Position numbers and translations under genes: made by a program. Shown here in pieces: positions 31,028 to 41,578 of a stretch of DNA of 64,000 nucleotides (its first letter is position 1; every line of letters begins with the position of its first letter). The DNA is from Aquabacterium sp. (GTDB taxonomy: Bacteria; Pseudomonadota; Gammaproteobacteria; Burkholderiales; Burkholderiaceae_C): the NCBI GenBank assembly GCA_044377715.1, contig JBILYN010000001.1, forward strand, positions 13,892 to 77,891, read 5' to 3'. Below the pieces are notes generated by a model. It worked only from the letters and a program-made list of their open reading frames with translations. It was not told the origin of the DNA and made no database searches.

Positions 31028-31195
31028 GGGGTGCCTCCTGGATGGGAGGCCCGCGTTTCGCGCGGGCCGGCTGACGCTGAAACAGGACCGGTTGTGACGG
31101 GTTAACTGGCTTAAATTGTGAAACTGTTTTTTCAACCCGCATTAATCAGAAAAATCAAATGCCTGAATATTATGAGGGCAGAGGTGTTGAGCCTG

Positions 31196-32077
31196 TCAGC
31201 CGCCGGCCCGTTTGCCCAGACGCGGCACCAAGTCCAGCGTCAGCGCCGTCCCCACGATGATCACCGCGCAGGCTGTGATCATTCGCAGCGTGAGCGCCTC
31301 ACCCAGGTAGAGCGCGCCGAGGATCATCGTGACCACGGGCGTCAGGAAACTGACCGAGGTCGCCCGCACCGCGCCGATCCTGCGAATCAGTCCGAAGTAG
31401 AGCAGGAAGCCGCATCCCGAGGCGACGATGCCCATGAACGTCACCTCGGCCCAGGCGCGAAGGCCGGGGGCCTGCTGCGGCCAGTTCATCAGTGCACTGG
31501 GGGCCAGCACCAGCGCACCGATGCCGATGCTGCCGGTGGCCAGCACGATGGGGTCGACGTCGTGCAGCGTGCGCGCGTAGTTCGACGACACGCCCCACAA
31601 CACGGTGACCAGCAGCGTGACGATGATGGCCAGCCCGGCGTCACTGCGCACACCGATCTGGTCCCAGACCAGCAGCGTGACGCCTGCAAACCCGATGACC
31701 AGCCCCGCTGCACGCATCGGCGTGATCGGCTCCTTGGTCCACCAGCGGGCGATCAGCGCTGAAAACAGCGGCGCCGCCGACTGCAGGACGGCCAGCAGCC
31801 CGGCGGAGATCGAGCGCGCCGACCAGCCCAGCCCGATGAACGGCACCGCGGTGAACAAGGCGCCGTAGATCAGCAGCGGCTTCCAGTGCCGTATGAGCGG
31901 GCCTGGGCCAAATTTCCACAATGTGAGCGGCAGCAACACCAGCAGGCTGCCCATGGCCAGGCGAAGAAACACCATCGGTGCCGGGCCGAACGCTGGCACC
32001 GCTGCGCGCATGAACAGGTAGGCGCCGCCCCAGGCACAGGCGAGCATCAGGAGTTGGAGAAGGTCGGCAGGGCGCAT
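31196..32077 (-). CDS. DMT/EamA family transporter
   Basis: LMLACAWGGAYLFMRAAV, about 10 TM segments, LYFGLIRRIGAVRATSVSFLTPV, LGEAL. Confidence 0.9.
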   Translation of the reverse strand: MRPADLLQLLMLACAWGGAYLFMRAAVPAFGPAPMVFLRLAMGSLLVLLPLTLWKFGPGPLIRHWKPLLIYGALFTAVPFIGLGWSARSISAGLLAVLQSAAPLFSALIARWWTKEPITPMRAAGLVIGFAGVTLLVWDQIGVRSDAGLAIIVTLLVTVLWGVSSNYARTLHDVDPIVLATGSIGIGALVLAPSALMNWPQQAPGLRAWAEVTFMGIVASGCGFLLYFGLIRRIGAVRATSVSFLTPVVTMILGALYLGEALTLRMITACAVIIVGTALTLDLVPRLGKRAGG

Positions 32078-32315
32078 GTGAGCGGGTGGTGGACCCGTCA
32101 GGGCACCGGGTTGTGTCCTCGAAGAGGGGGCGTGCTCCCGCTCGACGGCTGATCGGGGGGTGCCTATCGTAGCGGAAGGCCCTGCAAGTGCCCGGCCGGG
32201 TGCCCATCGGTCGGCGTCGATGCGGGCGTGAGCACCTGCCCGCGCCAGTTGCGGCAAGCGAAGAAGCTCGCTGCGACCGAACTGGTCACCAACGAGCCCT
32301 GTCGCCGGAATGCTT

Positions 32316-33248
32316 TCAGCCGGCGATGTCCTTCTTGATCTGGAAGCCGAATCGCGGGAAATGCACGTGCACGGTGCCGGCGCGCGGGTCCTGTCGACGC
32401 AGGGTGACCGATTCAAGCGACAGGCCGACCAGCGTGCCGGCCACGGCGTCGCTGCCGTAATCGGTGGCGGCGACGGTGATCGCCTGGCCGGCATCGAAAC
32501 CCAGACCCGGTGCCACGCCGACCTGCGCATGGCCCGCGGCGCCGGCCGCCACGGCGATGGCGTCGGCGCTGCTCATCACGGTGTGCTGGTGGTGGCCAAT
32601 GGCCAGCAGACGGTCCAGCCAAGGTCCGATCGCCGGATAGTCACCGAGCAGATACGCCACCGGCTTGGCCAGGCGGATGAACCACAGGCAGTGTCCGACT
32701 GAAAAATCGGCGATGCTCGGCGACGCGCCCAGCAGCCAGGGACCACCCGCGGCGACTTGTGCATTCAGCGCGGCCAGGTGGGCCTTCAACTGCACCGTGC
32801 CGTCAGCCAGGGTCAGGCGTGGCGCGCCGACGCTGCGCATGGTGGCGCGGTCTGCAGCAAAGCCTTTCAGCACCTCGGGCGACGGATCGCCCAAGATGGC
32901 GGCGACACCGGCGGGTTGCATCGCCCAGCTGACCGCGGCGCCGAACAACATGCCGTCGGCCCATTGCGCCAGCAGCGGCGCCAACGGCATGTCACGCGGG
33001 TACAGGCTGTGGCTGGGTTGCGCTGCCTCCAGCACGCGGGCGATCAGTGCAGTGTCGCAATACACATCGGCACCAACCTGCAGCACGGGCGTCTTGCGGT
33101 AGCCGCCGGTCAGCGCCACCACGTCGGGCTTGGGCATCACTGGCGGGATGTGCACCGAGCGCCAGGCCAACTGCTTGTAGCCCAGCATCAACCGCACTTT
33201 CTCGGCGAAGGGGGACATGTCGTAGTGGTGCAGTATCAGTTCAGTCAT
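32316..33248 (-). CDS. Glutathione S-transferase family protein
   Basis: HHYDMSPFAEKVR, GGYRKTPVLQVG, DTALI, SIADF. Confidence 0.9.
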   Translation of the reverse strand: MTELILHHYDMSPFAEKVRLMLGYKQLAWRSVHIPPVMPKPDVVALTGGYRKTPVLQVGADVYCDTALIARVLEAAQPSHSLYPRDMPLAPLLAQWADGMLFGAAVSWAMQPAGVAAILGDPSPEVLKGFAADRATMRSVGAPRLTLADGTVQLKAHLAALNAQVAAGGPWLLGASPSIADFSVGHCLWFIRLAKPVAYLLGDYPAIGPWLDRLLAIGHHQHTVMSSADAIAVAAGAAGHAQVGVAPGLGFDAGQAITVAATDYGSDAVAGTLVGLSLESVTLRRQDPRAGTVHVHFPRFGFQIKKDIAG

Positions 33249-33531
33249 GGTTTTTTGGCTCCTGAGGGTCGGTGCTTGGATTCGAGGTCGATGCTCGCAT
33301 TCGGATCATCGGCAGGCCGCCCGGAGTGTGACAGGTCGCGATGTTCTGGCGGCAGCAGCTTGGCAATGTCGGGCGCAGGCGGTCTGGCCGGTCGCTGGAC
33401 TTGTCCTGAACGTGGAGCTCAGGGGTGAACTGCTTGAACTGTTTCTCCGTCAAGCCGAGGTGGGCATCGCCAGATCGAACTTGATAGCTGAAACAAAAAA
33501 ACCACCTAAGTAATTGATTTGTATAGGTATT

Positions 33532-33621
33532 TGGCGGAAGCGGTGAGATTCGAACTCACGGTGGAGTTACCCCCACGGCAGTTTTCAAGACTGCAGCCTT
33601 AAACCACTCGGCCACGCTTCC
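33532..33621 (-). tRNA. tRNA-Ser (anticodon UGA)
   Basis: Reverse complement GGAAGCG..GCAGT-CTTGAAA-ACTGC, long variable arm, GTGAG-TTCGAAT-CTCAC, CGCTTCC-G-CCA; 90 nt, class II. Confidence 0.97.
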
Positions 33622-33750
33622 TTCAATTTCGACGCCGTCGTCATGTCAGTGTTGCCTGCAGGCTCAGCCGCTCGGCCTTGCTTGCTTGCTTGCGGGCAGT
33701 ATTCTAGGCGCTCGGCAGGTCTTGCCTGCCCGGCGCCAGTTAGGCCGAAT

Positions 33751-34572
33751 TCAGCCCGGCGCTTGCGCCTGGCGGCACTGCACCTGCGCCACTTCGCGCC
33801 TGCCGCCGTCTACGCGCACAGCGGTCAGCGCGCCGCCCCAGACGCAGCCAGTGTCGAGCGAGAGCAGATTGGGTCGGTTTTGCAGGCCCAGCGTGGACCA
33901 ATGGCCGAACGCGATCGGCGTGTCACGGGTCAGCCGCGCTGGGTGGTCGAACCACGCGCTGTGACCTGCAGGTGCTTGGCCCGAGCCGTCCTTGGTGTCG
34001 AACTCCAGCGTGCCGTCGGGCGTGCAGTAGCGGATGCGTGTCAGCACGTTGAGCACCATGCGCCAGCGCCGCGGGCCGGTCAGCGCGTCGTCCCAGCGCG
34101 CCGGATCGTTGCCGTACATCACCCGCAGGAAATCCGCCATGCCAGGGCCGGCGAGCACGTCCTCGACCTCTCGGGCCAGCGCCAGCGTCTTGGCCGCGTC
34201 CCACTGTGGCGCGACGCCGGCGTGGACCAACAGCCAGCCCTGGGCCTGGTCGGCGAGCTTGCGGTGGCGCAGCCATTCGAGCAAAGCCTCGCGCTGTGGG
34301 CTGGCGAGGATGTCGTCTAGCGTGTCGCTGCGGTGCGGCTTGCGCGCGCCCACCGACAGCGCCAGCAAGTGCAGGTCGTGGTTGCCCAGCAGGCAACTCG
34401 CTGCGTTGCCCAGCGCCATCAATCGCTGCAGCGTTCGCAGCGACGCCGGGCCTCGGTTGACCAGGTCGCCCAGCACATGGACATGGTCGCGCGAGGGCGA
34501 GAAGCCGATCTCGGCCAGCAGCCGGTCGAGCGCATCGCAACAGCCTTGAGGGTCGCCTATCAGGTAATGCAT
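33751..34572 (-). CDS. apaH: Symmetrical bis(5'-nucleosyl)-tetraphosphatase
   Basis: LIGDPQGC, GDLVNRGP, LGNHDLH, VHAG, FGHWS, LDTGCVWGG. Confidence 0.95.
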   Translation of the reverse strand: MHYLIGDPQGCCDALDRLLAEIGFSPSRDHVHVLGDLVNRGPASLRTLQRLMALGNAASCLLGNHDLHLLALSVGARKPHRSDTLDDILASPQREALLEWLRHRKLADQAQGWLLVHAGVAPQWDAAKTLALAREVEDVLAGPGMADFLRVMYGNDPARWDDALTGPRRWRMVLNVLTRIRYCTPDGTLEFDTKDGSGQAPAGHSAWFDHPARLTRDTPIAFGHWSTLGLQNRPNLLSLDTGCVWGGALTAVRVDGGRREVAQVQCRQAQAPG

Positions 34573-34635
34573 GGGGCGATTCTGCTACGCTCGACCCCTT
34601 CTAGGTTTCGGGGGCGTCTTTCGCGGCGCCACTGC

Positions 34636-35952
34636 ATGGAAGTTGCGCTGCTGGTTTTTCTGATACTGGTCAACGCCTTGTTCGCGATGTCCGAAATGGC
34701 GCTGACCGCGTCACGCAAGGCCAGGCTGGCGGTGATGGTCGAAGCTGGCGAGCCTGGCGCGACAGCCGCGCAGGTGCTGCACGACGACCCGACCAAATGG
34801 TTGTCGACGGTGCAGATCGGCATCACCTCGATCGGGGTGCTCAACGGCATCGTCGGCGATGCGGCTTTCTCGCAGCCGCTGGCAGACCTGCTGCACCGGG
34901 TGTTCCCGCTGCTCGGCCACCGCGCGATGGACGTCACCGCCACCGCGCTGGTGGTCATGATCATCACTTTCCTGACCATCATCTTTGGCGAGTTGGTGCC
35001 TAAGCGTTTGGGCCAGATGTACCCCGAGCGGGTGGCGGTGCTGGTGGCGCGGCCGATGGACATGCTGTCCTCGGCGGTGCGGCCTTTCGTCTGGCTGCTG
35101 TCGGCCTGCACCCAGGCCACGTTGCGATTGCTGGGCATCCGCAACGCGCCTTCGCGCAGCGTGACCGAGGAGGAGATCGCCGCCAGCCTCGAAGAAGGGC
35201 TGGACGCCGGCGTGATCGAGGCCCAGGAGCACCAGATGGTGCGCAACGTGTTCCGCCTCGACGAGCGCCAGATCGGCTCGATGATGATCCCGCGCGCCGA
35301 GATCACCTGGCTGGCCCAAAACGCGCCGCTGCCCGAACTGCTGTCGCAGATGACGACCAAAGGCCACTCACGCTACCCGGTCTGTCGTGACGGCCTCGAC
35401 GACGTGGTTGGCGTGATCCAGGCCCAGGACTTGTTGCTGCCCTTGTCGCGCGGCGAGTCGCCGAATCTGGCCGAGTTGATGCATGCGCCAGTGTTCGTGC
35501 CCGAGACCTTGTCGGGCATGGAGTTGCTGGACCACTTCAGGGCCACCGGCGCTGAGCTGGTGTTCGTCGTCGATGAGTACGGCGCCGTTCAAGGCGTGAT
35601 CACCGTGCGCGATGTGCTCGAAGCCATCACCGGCGAGTTCAGCCCGCCCAGCGCCGACGATGCTTGGGCGGTTCGGCGCGCCGATGGCAGTTGGCTGATG
35701 GATGGTCTGATCCCGGTGCCCGAGATGAAGGACAGGCTGGAGATCCGCGAGCTGCCTGAGGAGGATCGAGGCCGCTACAACACGCTGGCCGGCATGGTGA
35801 TGCTCTTGCTGGGCCGGCTGCCACAGACCACCGATGTGGTGGAATGGGATGCTTGGCGTTTCGAGGTGGTCGACCTCGACGGCAAGCGCGTCGACAAGGT
35901 GCTGGTGAGCCGCATCGCACCAACCGACCAGTCTGGAAACAAGTCACCATGA
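34636..35952 (+). CDS. Hemolysin/CNNM family protein (DUF21-CBS-CorC_HlyC)
   Basis: FAMSEMAL, LSTVQIGIT, FGELVPK, MIPRAEI, HSRYPV, VVDEYGAVQG, YNTLAG, VVDLDGKRVDKVL. Confidence 0.92.
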   Translation: MEVALLVFLILVNALFAMSEMALTASRKARLAVMVEAGEPGATAAQVLHDDPTKWLSTVQIGITSIGVLNGIVGDAAFSQPLADLLHRVFPLLGHRAMDVTATALVVMIITFLTIIFGELVPKRLGQMYPERVAVLVARPMDMLSSAVRPFVWLLSACTQATLRLLGIRNAPSRSVTEEEIAASLEEGLDAGVIEAQEHQMVRNVFRLDERQIGSMMIPRAEITWLAQNAPLPELLSQMTTKGHSRYPVCRDGLDDVVGVIQAQDLLLPLSRGESPNLAELMHAPVFVPETLSGMELLDHFRATGAELVFVVDEYGAVQGVITVRDVLEAITGEFSPPSADDAWAVRRADGSWLMDGLIPVPEMKDRLEIRELPEEDRGRYNTLAGMVMLLLGRLPQTTDVVEWDAWRFEVVDLDGKRVDKVLVSRIAPTDQSGNKSP

Positions 35953-36689
35953 TCAACGAAAACCTGCACAAGCAAGCGGTCGCACTCGACCGCGTCAAAC
36001 ATCGCGAGCTCAAGCTCAATCTCGAACAGCGCGACCTCAGCGTGATGTCCACGCTGAATGCGTTCTTTGTCGCGGGCACCGAGTTCACCGACGCCTGCAA
36101 GGAATTCCCCGTGGTCTGGGTCAACGCCGGCAAGGACGATGCCGGCAAAGTGCAGGTCGCGCCGGTCGCGGTCTTTGGCTTGCAGGTCGGGCAGAACCTG
36201 TGCATCGAGGGCAATGCCTGGCGCGTGCGCTACGTGCCGGCGATGTTGCGGCTCTACCCCTTCGCGCTGGCCCGGGTGGCGGCCGACGAGATGGTGGTCT
36301 GCATCGACGAAGCCTGTTCCGGGCTTGGGGCCGAGGGCCAGGCCTTGTTCGATGCCAACGGCGAACCCACCGAATTCACCAAGACCGTGCAGCAGCAGCT
36401 CGAAACCTTTGAGTCCGAGATCGAGCGCACCCGCATGGCTGGTGCGCTGCTGGTCGAGAAGGACTTGCTGCGCGACATGCGCTTCGACGCGACCTTGCCC
36501 GATGGCACCAAGCTCGGGGTTGATGGCTTCCTGACGATCGATGAGCAAAAGCTCTCGGCGCTGTCGGACGCCGATGTGTTGATGCTCAGTCGCAACGGTT
36601 TGCTGGGTTTGATCCACGCGCACCAGATATCGCTCGGCAACATGGGCCGGTTGGTGGAGTGGCATGTCGAACGCCAAGCGGCGGCCTGA
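35949..36689 (+). CDS. SapC family protein
   Basis: EFTDACKEFPVV, PVAVFGL, YVPAMLRLYPF, IDEQKL, AHQISLGN; ATGA overlap with the upstream gene. Confidence 0.85.
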   Translation: MINENLHKQAVALDRVKHRELKLNLEQRDLSVMSTLNAFFVAGTEFTDACKEFPVVWVNAGKDDAGKVQVAPVAVFGLQVGQNLCIEGNAWRVRYVPAMLRLYPFALARVAADEMVVCIDEACSGLGAEGQALFDANGEPTEFTKTVQQQLETFESEIERTRMAGALLVEKDLLRDMRFDATLPDGTKLGVDGFLTIDEQKLSALSDADVLMLSRNGLLGLIHAHQISLGNMGRLVEWHVERQAAA

Positions 36690-36782
36690 TCCTGGGCCTA
36701 GCACCTACGGACTGGCGCTTAGACATGAAGCGGTCGTCTCCGCGCACAATCGCCCACGCTTAGACCTTCTGGAGATTCCACC

Positions 36783-37949
36783 ATGACGAGACGAAATCAC
36801 TTGCTGACCCTGGCCACCTTGTCGCTGGGCGTTCTGGCCGGCGGCGCAGTGCGGGCCGAGGACAGCGTCAAGATCGGCGTGATCCTGCCGATGACCGGCC
36901 CATCGGCGTCCACCGGCCGCCAGATCGACGCTGCGATCAAGCTGTGGATGGCGCAGAGCGGCGGCAAGGCCGGCGGCAAGAAGGTCGAGGTCATCATCAA
37001 GGACGACGCCGGTGTGGCCGACACCACACGCCGCTTGGCGCAGGAGTTGGTGGTCAACGACAAGGTCGTTGCGCTGGCGGGTTTCGGCTTGACGCCCTTG
37101 GCCTTGGCCACGGCGCCCATTGCCACCCAGAGCAAGACCCCGATGGTGGTGATGGCGGCGGCGACCTCGATGATCACCGAGGCCTCGCCCTACATCGTTC
37201 GCACCAGCTTCACGCTGCCGCAGGTGTCGATCGGCATCGCCGAATGGGCGGCCAAGAACAAGATCAAGAAGGTCGTCACGCTGGTGGCCGACTACGGCCC
37301 GGGCAACGACGCCGAGAAGTTCTTCTCAAGCCAATTCCAGCTCAACGGCGGTGTGATCACCGACAAGCTGCGCACGCCGCTGCGTGGCGCCGACTTCGCG
37401 CCGGTATTGCAGAAGGTGCGCGACTTGTCGCCGGACGCGTTGTTTGTCTTCCTGCCTTCGGGCCAAGGCGCGCAGTTCATGAAGCAGTTCGGTGAGCGCG
37501 GCCTGGACAAGGCCGGCATCAAGCTGATCGCCACCGGCGACGTCACCGACGACGACCAGTTGAACGACATGGGCGATGTCGCGCTGGGCGTGGTCAATTC
37601 GCACCACTACTCGGCGGCGCACAACAGCGCGGCCAACAAGAAATACGTCGCCGATTTCCAGGCGGCCAACAAGTTCAGGCCCAATTTCATGTCGGTCGGC
37701 GGCTACGACGGCATGCGCGTGATCTTCAAGGCGCTAGACACCACCAAGGGCGTCGGTGGCGACGCGCTGTTGGCGGCGATGAAGGGACAGATCTTCGAGA
37801 GCCCGCGCGGCCCGGTGCTGATCGACGCCCAGACCCGCGACGTGGTGCAGGACGTCTACATCCGCAAGGTGGAGAGGGTCAACGGTCAGCTCTTCAACGT
37901 CGAGTTCGACACGATCAAATCGGTGAAGGATCCCGGCAAGTTGAAGTAA
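36783..37949 (+). CDS. Branched-chain-type ABC substrate-binding protein, aromatic-acid (benzoate/hydroxybenzoate)-binding subgroup-like
   Basis: VKIGVILPMTG, GFGLTPLALA, MAAATSMITEASPYIVRTSFTLPQ, DYGPGND, FESPRGP; the subgroup call is from memory. Confidence 0.8.
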   Translation: MTRRNHLLTLATLSLGVLAGGAVRAEDSVKIGVILPMTGPSASTGRQIDAAIKLWMAQSGGKAGGKKVEVIIKDDAGVADTTRRLAQELVVNDKVVALAGFGLTPLALATAPIATQSKTPMVVMAAATSMITEASPYIVRTSFTLPQVSIGIAEWAAKNKIKKVVTLVADYGPGNDAEKFFSSQFQLNGGVITDKLRTPLRGADFAPVLQKVRDLSPDALFVFLPSGQGAQFMKQFGERGLDKAGIKLIATGDVTDDDQLNDMGDVALGVVNSHHYSAAHNSAANKKYVADFQAANKFRPNFMSVGGYDGMRVIFKALDTTKGVGGDALLAAMKGQIFESPRGPVLIDAQTRDVVQDVYIRKVERVNGQLFNVEFDTIKSVKDPGKLK

Positions 37950-37950
37950 T

Positions 37951-38025
37951 CCCCAAAGGCGGCCTGCGGCCGCTCCCCCCGAGGGGGCGACGCCAGCCCG
38001 GCAGAGCCGGTTCCGCGGCGTCTGC
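37951..38025. repeat. GC-rich multi-hairpin REP/MITE-like element (family 2)
   Basis: Hairpins GCGGCC-TGC-GGCCGC, CCCCC-CGA-GGGGG, and GACGCC..CCGGC-AGA-GCCGG..GGCGTC directly after the SBP stop. Only one copy in the window. Confidence 0.6.
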
Positions 38026-38073
38026 TTGCTGCGACGCCCTCAGTGTGCCTTCCGCGACGACCCGCCCGATCCC

Positions 38074-38946
38074 ATGCTGACCCTTCTCTTCGACGGCATT
38101 GCCTACGGCATGCTGCTGTTCGTGCTGGCGCTCGGGTTGGCCGTCACGATGGGCTTGATGAACTTCATCAACCTGGCCCATGGCGCTTTCGCGATGGCCG
38201 GCGGCTACATCCTGATCGTGCTGATGCAGCGCGCAGGCTGGCCTTTCCTGGCCTGCCTGCCGGCGGCTTTCATCGCCACCGCGGCCGCCGGCGCGCTGCT
38301 CGAGCGTCTGGTCTACCGACGGATGTACGGCAAGCCTCACCTCGACCAGGTGTTGTTCTCGATCGGCCTGACCTTCATGGCCGTGGCCTCGGTCGACTTC
38401 ATCATGGGCAGTTCGCCGCAGAACGTCCAGTTGCCGGACTGGCTGCGTCAGCGCTTCGAATTCGGCACGGGCGCGTGGATGCTGGGCATGGGGGCGTACC
38501 GCGTGTTCATCATCGCGACCTGCTTCGCACTGGCGCTGGGGCTGCAGGCGGTGCTGACCCAAACCCGTTTCGGCAGCCGGCTGCGCGCCGCAGTCGACGA
38601 CCCGCGGGTGGCTGCCGGGCTGGGCATCCCGGTGAACCGAATCTTCCTGCTGACCTTCGCGGTGGGCTCGGGCTTGGCAGGACTGGGCGGTGCGCTGGGC
38701 GCCGACATCCTCGGGCTGGACCCGAGCTTTCCTTTGAAATTCATGGTCTATTTCCTGATCGTTTGCGCCGTGGGTGGCACCAGTTCGATCACCGGCCCGC
38801 TGGTGGCTGCGTTGGTGCTGGGCATTGCCGACGTGATGGGCAAGTACTACATGCCCAAGCTCGGCGCTTTCATCGTCTATGTGCTGATGATCGCGATCCT
38901 GCTGTGGCGGCCGCAAGGCTTGTTCTCGCGCGAGGGCAAGAAATGA
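38074..38946 (+). CDS. Branched-chain-type ABC permease (LivH)
   Basis: LFDGIAYGMLLF, FINLAHG, FGSRLRAAVDD, VCAVGG, RPQGLF. Confidence 0.92.
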   Translation: MLTLLFDGIAYGMLLFVLALGLAVTMGLMNFINLAHGAFAMAGGYILIVLMQRAGWPFLACLPAAFIATAAAGALLERLVYRRMYGKPHLDQVLFSIGLTFMAVASVDFIMGSSPQNVQLPDWLRQRFEFGTGAWMLGMGAYRVFIIATCFALALGLQAVLTQTRFGSRLRAAVDDPRVAAGLGIPVNRIFLLTFAVGSGLAGLGGALGADILGLDPSFPLKFMVYFLIVCAVGGTSSITGPLVAALVLGIADVMGKYYMPKLGAFIVYVLMIAILLWRPQGLFSREGKK

Positions 38947-38947
38947 G

Positions 38948-39024
38948 AGCCCCGAGCTCACTGCGTTCGCTGCCCCAGGGGGCCTGCAGCCCCCTTGGGA
39001 CGACCCGGCGGAGGCTGCAATGAG
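38948..39024 (+). repeat. 77-nt palindromic insert (family 3) flanked by an AATGAG direct repeat, encoding a 26-aa relay ORF (38943..39023)
   Basis: AATGAG at 38942-38947 and 39019-39024; internal stems GGGGGC/GCCCCC and TGCAGCC/GGCTGCA; ORF MRAPSSLRSLPQGACSPLGTTRRRLQ*. Confidence 0.75.
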
Positions 39025-39996
39025 CCGCGCAAGCGCGACCAGCTTGCTGGCGCCGTCGAAGTGGCGGCTCTGGGAAATCGTCTTGTGGGCGGCGATCTGG
39101 GGCGCGACCATCGTGTTTGGCCAGCATGCGGCGCTGGTCAACGAGATCGCGATTCTGGCGCTGTTCGCACTCTCGCTCGACCTGATCCTGGGCTATGCCG
39201 GCATTGTCTCGCTAGGACACGCGGCATTTTTTGGCGTCGGTGCTTACGGCGCGGCGCTGTTCGCCAAGCATGTGATGCCCGATCCGATGGTCGGATTGGC
39301 CGTGGGTGCAGGCCTGGGCGCGTTGCTGGGTCTGGTCACCAGCCCGATGATCGTGCGCGGTACCGACCTGACCCGGCTGATGGTGACGATGGGCGTGGCC
39401 CTGGTGCTGCTGGAGTTGGCCAACAAGTTCGACGGCCTGACTGGCGGCACCGACGGGCTGCAAGGTGTGGTGATGGGCCCGTTGCTGGTCCCGTTCGTCG
39501 GTCGCTTCGAGTTCGACCTGGGCGCAAGGGTGGCATCGTTCTATTCGCTGACGGTGCTGTTCATCGCCTTCTTGCTGCTGCGCCGCATCGTCCATTCGCC
39601 GCTCGGCATCTCGCTGCAGGCCTTGCGTGATAACCGGCTGAGGTTGATGGCGATCGGGCTGTCGGTCAACAGCCGACTGGCGGCGGTCTACACGCTGGCG
39701 GCTGGGCTGGCCGGCGCGGCCGGGGCCTTGCTGGCGCAGACCACCGGATTCGCTTCGCTCGATGTGCTTGAATTTCACCGCAGCGCTGACGTGATGCTCG
39801 CACTGGTGATCGGCGGCGCCGGCTGGCTGTGGGGCGGGTTGGTTGGGGCGATCGCTTTCAAGGTCTTGCACGACTTGATCTCGTCCTTCACGGCCCAGTA
39901 CTGGACCTTCTGGATCGGGCTGTTCCTGGTGCTGCTGATGCTGGTCGGGCGCGAGCGGCTGTTCCGGCCTTGGTCCTGGTTCAAGCGGGGTCAGCC

Positions 39997-40000
<4 letters not shown>
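39020..40000 (+). CDS. Branched-chain-type ABC permease (LivM)
   Basis: GYAGIVSLGHAAFFGVGAY, GGTDG, ALRDN, LVIGGAG. Confidence 0.92.
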
Positions 40001-40867
<867 letters not shown>

Positions 40868-40875
<8 letters not shown>

Positions 40876-41578
40876 GAACCTGCTCGAGGTGCACGGCCTG
40901 AGCTGCGGCTACGGCGACGCCGTGGTGCTGACCGACGTCAGCTTCAGCTTGGGCATGGGTCGTTCGCTGGCTTTGCTGGGTCGCAACGGCACCGGCAAGA
41001 CGACCCTGATCGACACACTGGTGGGCGTGACGCGCCGCCATGCCGGCCGGGTCATGCTGGCCGGGCGCGAGATCCAAGAGCTGCCGGTCTACGCCCGGGC
41101 TGGTGCGGGTTTGGGCTGGGTGCCGCAGGAGCGCAACATCTTCAAGTCGCTGACCGTCGACGAAAACTTGAGCGCCGTGGCCAGGCCTGGGCCCTGGAAT
41201 GCCCAGCGCGTTTTTGAGCTGTTCCCCCGCCTGGCCGAGCGCAAGAAGAACCTCGGCACCCAGTTGTCGGGCGGTGAGCAGCAGATGCTGGCTTTCGGCC
41301 GCGCGCTGGTGCTCAACCCGCGCTTGCTGCTGCTCGACGAGCCGCTCGAAGGCCTGGCGCCGATCATCATCGAAGAACTGCTGCGTGCGATCCGCCGCGT
41401 TGCGCGTGAGGAAGGCTTGTCGTCTATCGTCGTCGAACAGCATCCGCACATGGTGCTGGGCGTGACCGACGACTGCATCGTGCTCGACCGTGGCAGCATC
41501 GCTTACCGTGCCGACAGCGCTGTCCTGCTTGACGATCCGGCGCCGCTGGATCAGTGGCTGGGCGTCTCGGCGCAATGA
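40868..41578 (+). CDS. ABC ATP-binding protein (LivF)
   Basis: GRNGTGKT, WVPQERNIF, LSGGEQQML, LLLDEP, VEQH. Confidence 0.92.

Noticed and set aside
33241-33453. Short ORF MTEKQFKQFTPELHVQ as an IS3 OrfA fragment
   Set aside because: The likeness is limited to FTPE; no HTH continuation, terminal inverted repeats or OrfB.
33677-33692. (CTTG)4 microsatellite upstream of tRNA-Ser
   Set aside because: Short, intergenic, and not positioned between recognisable promoter boxes.
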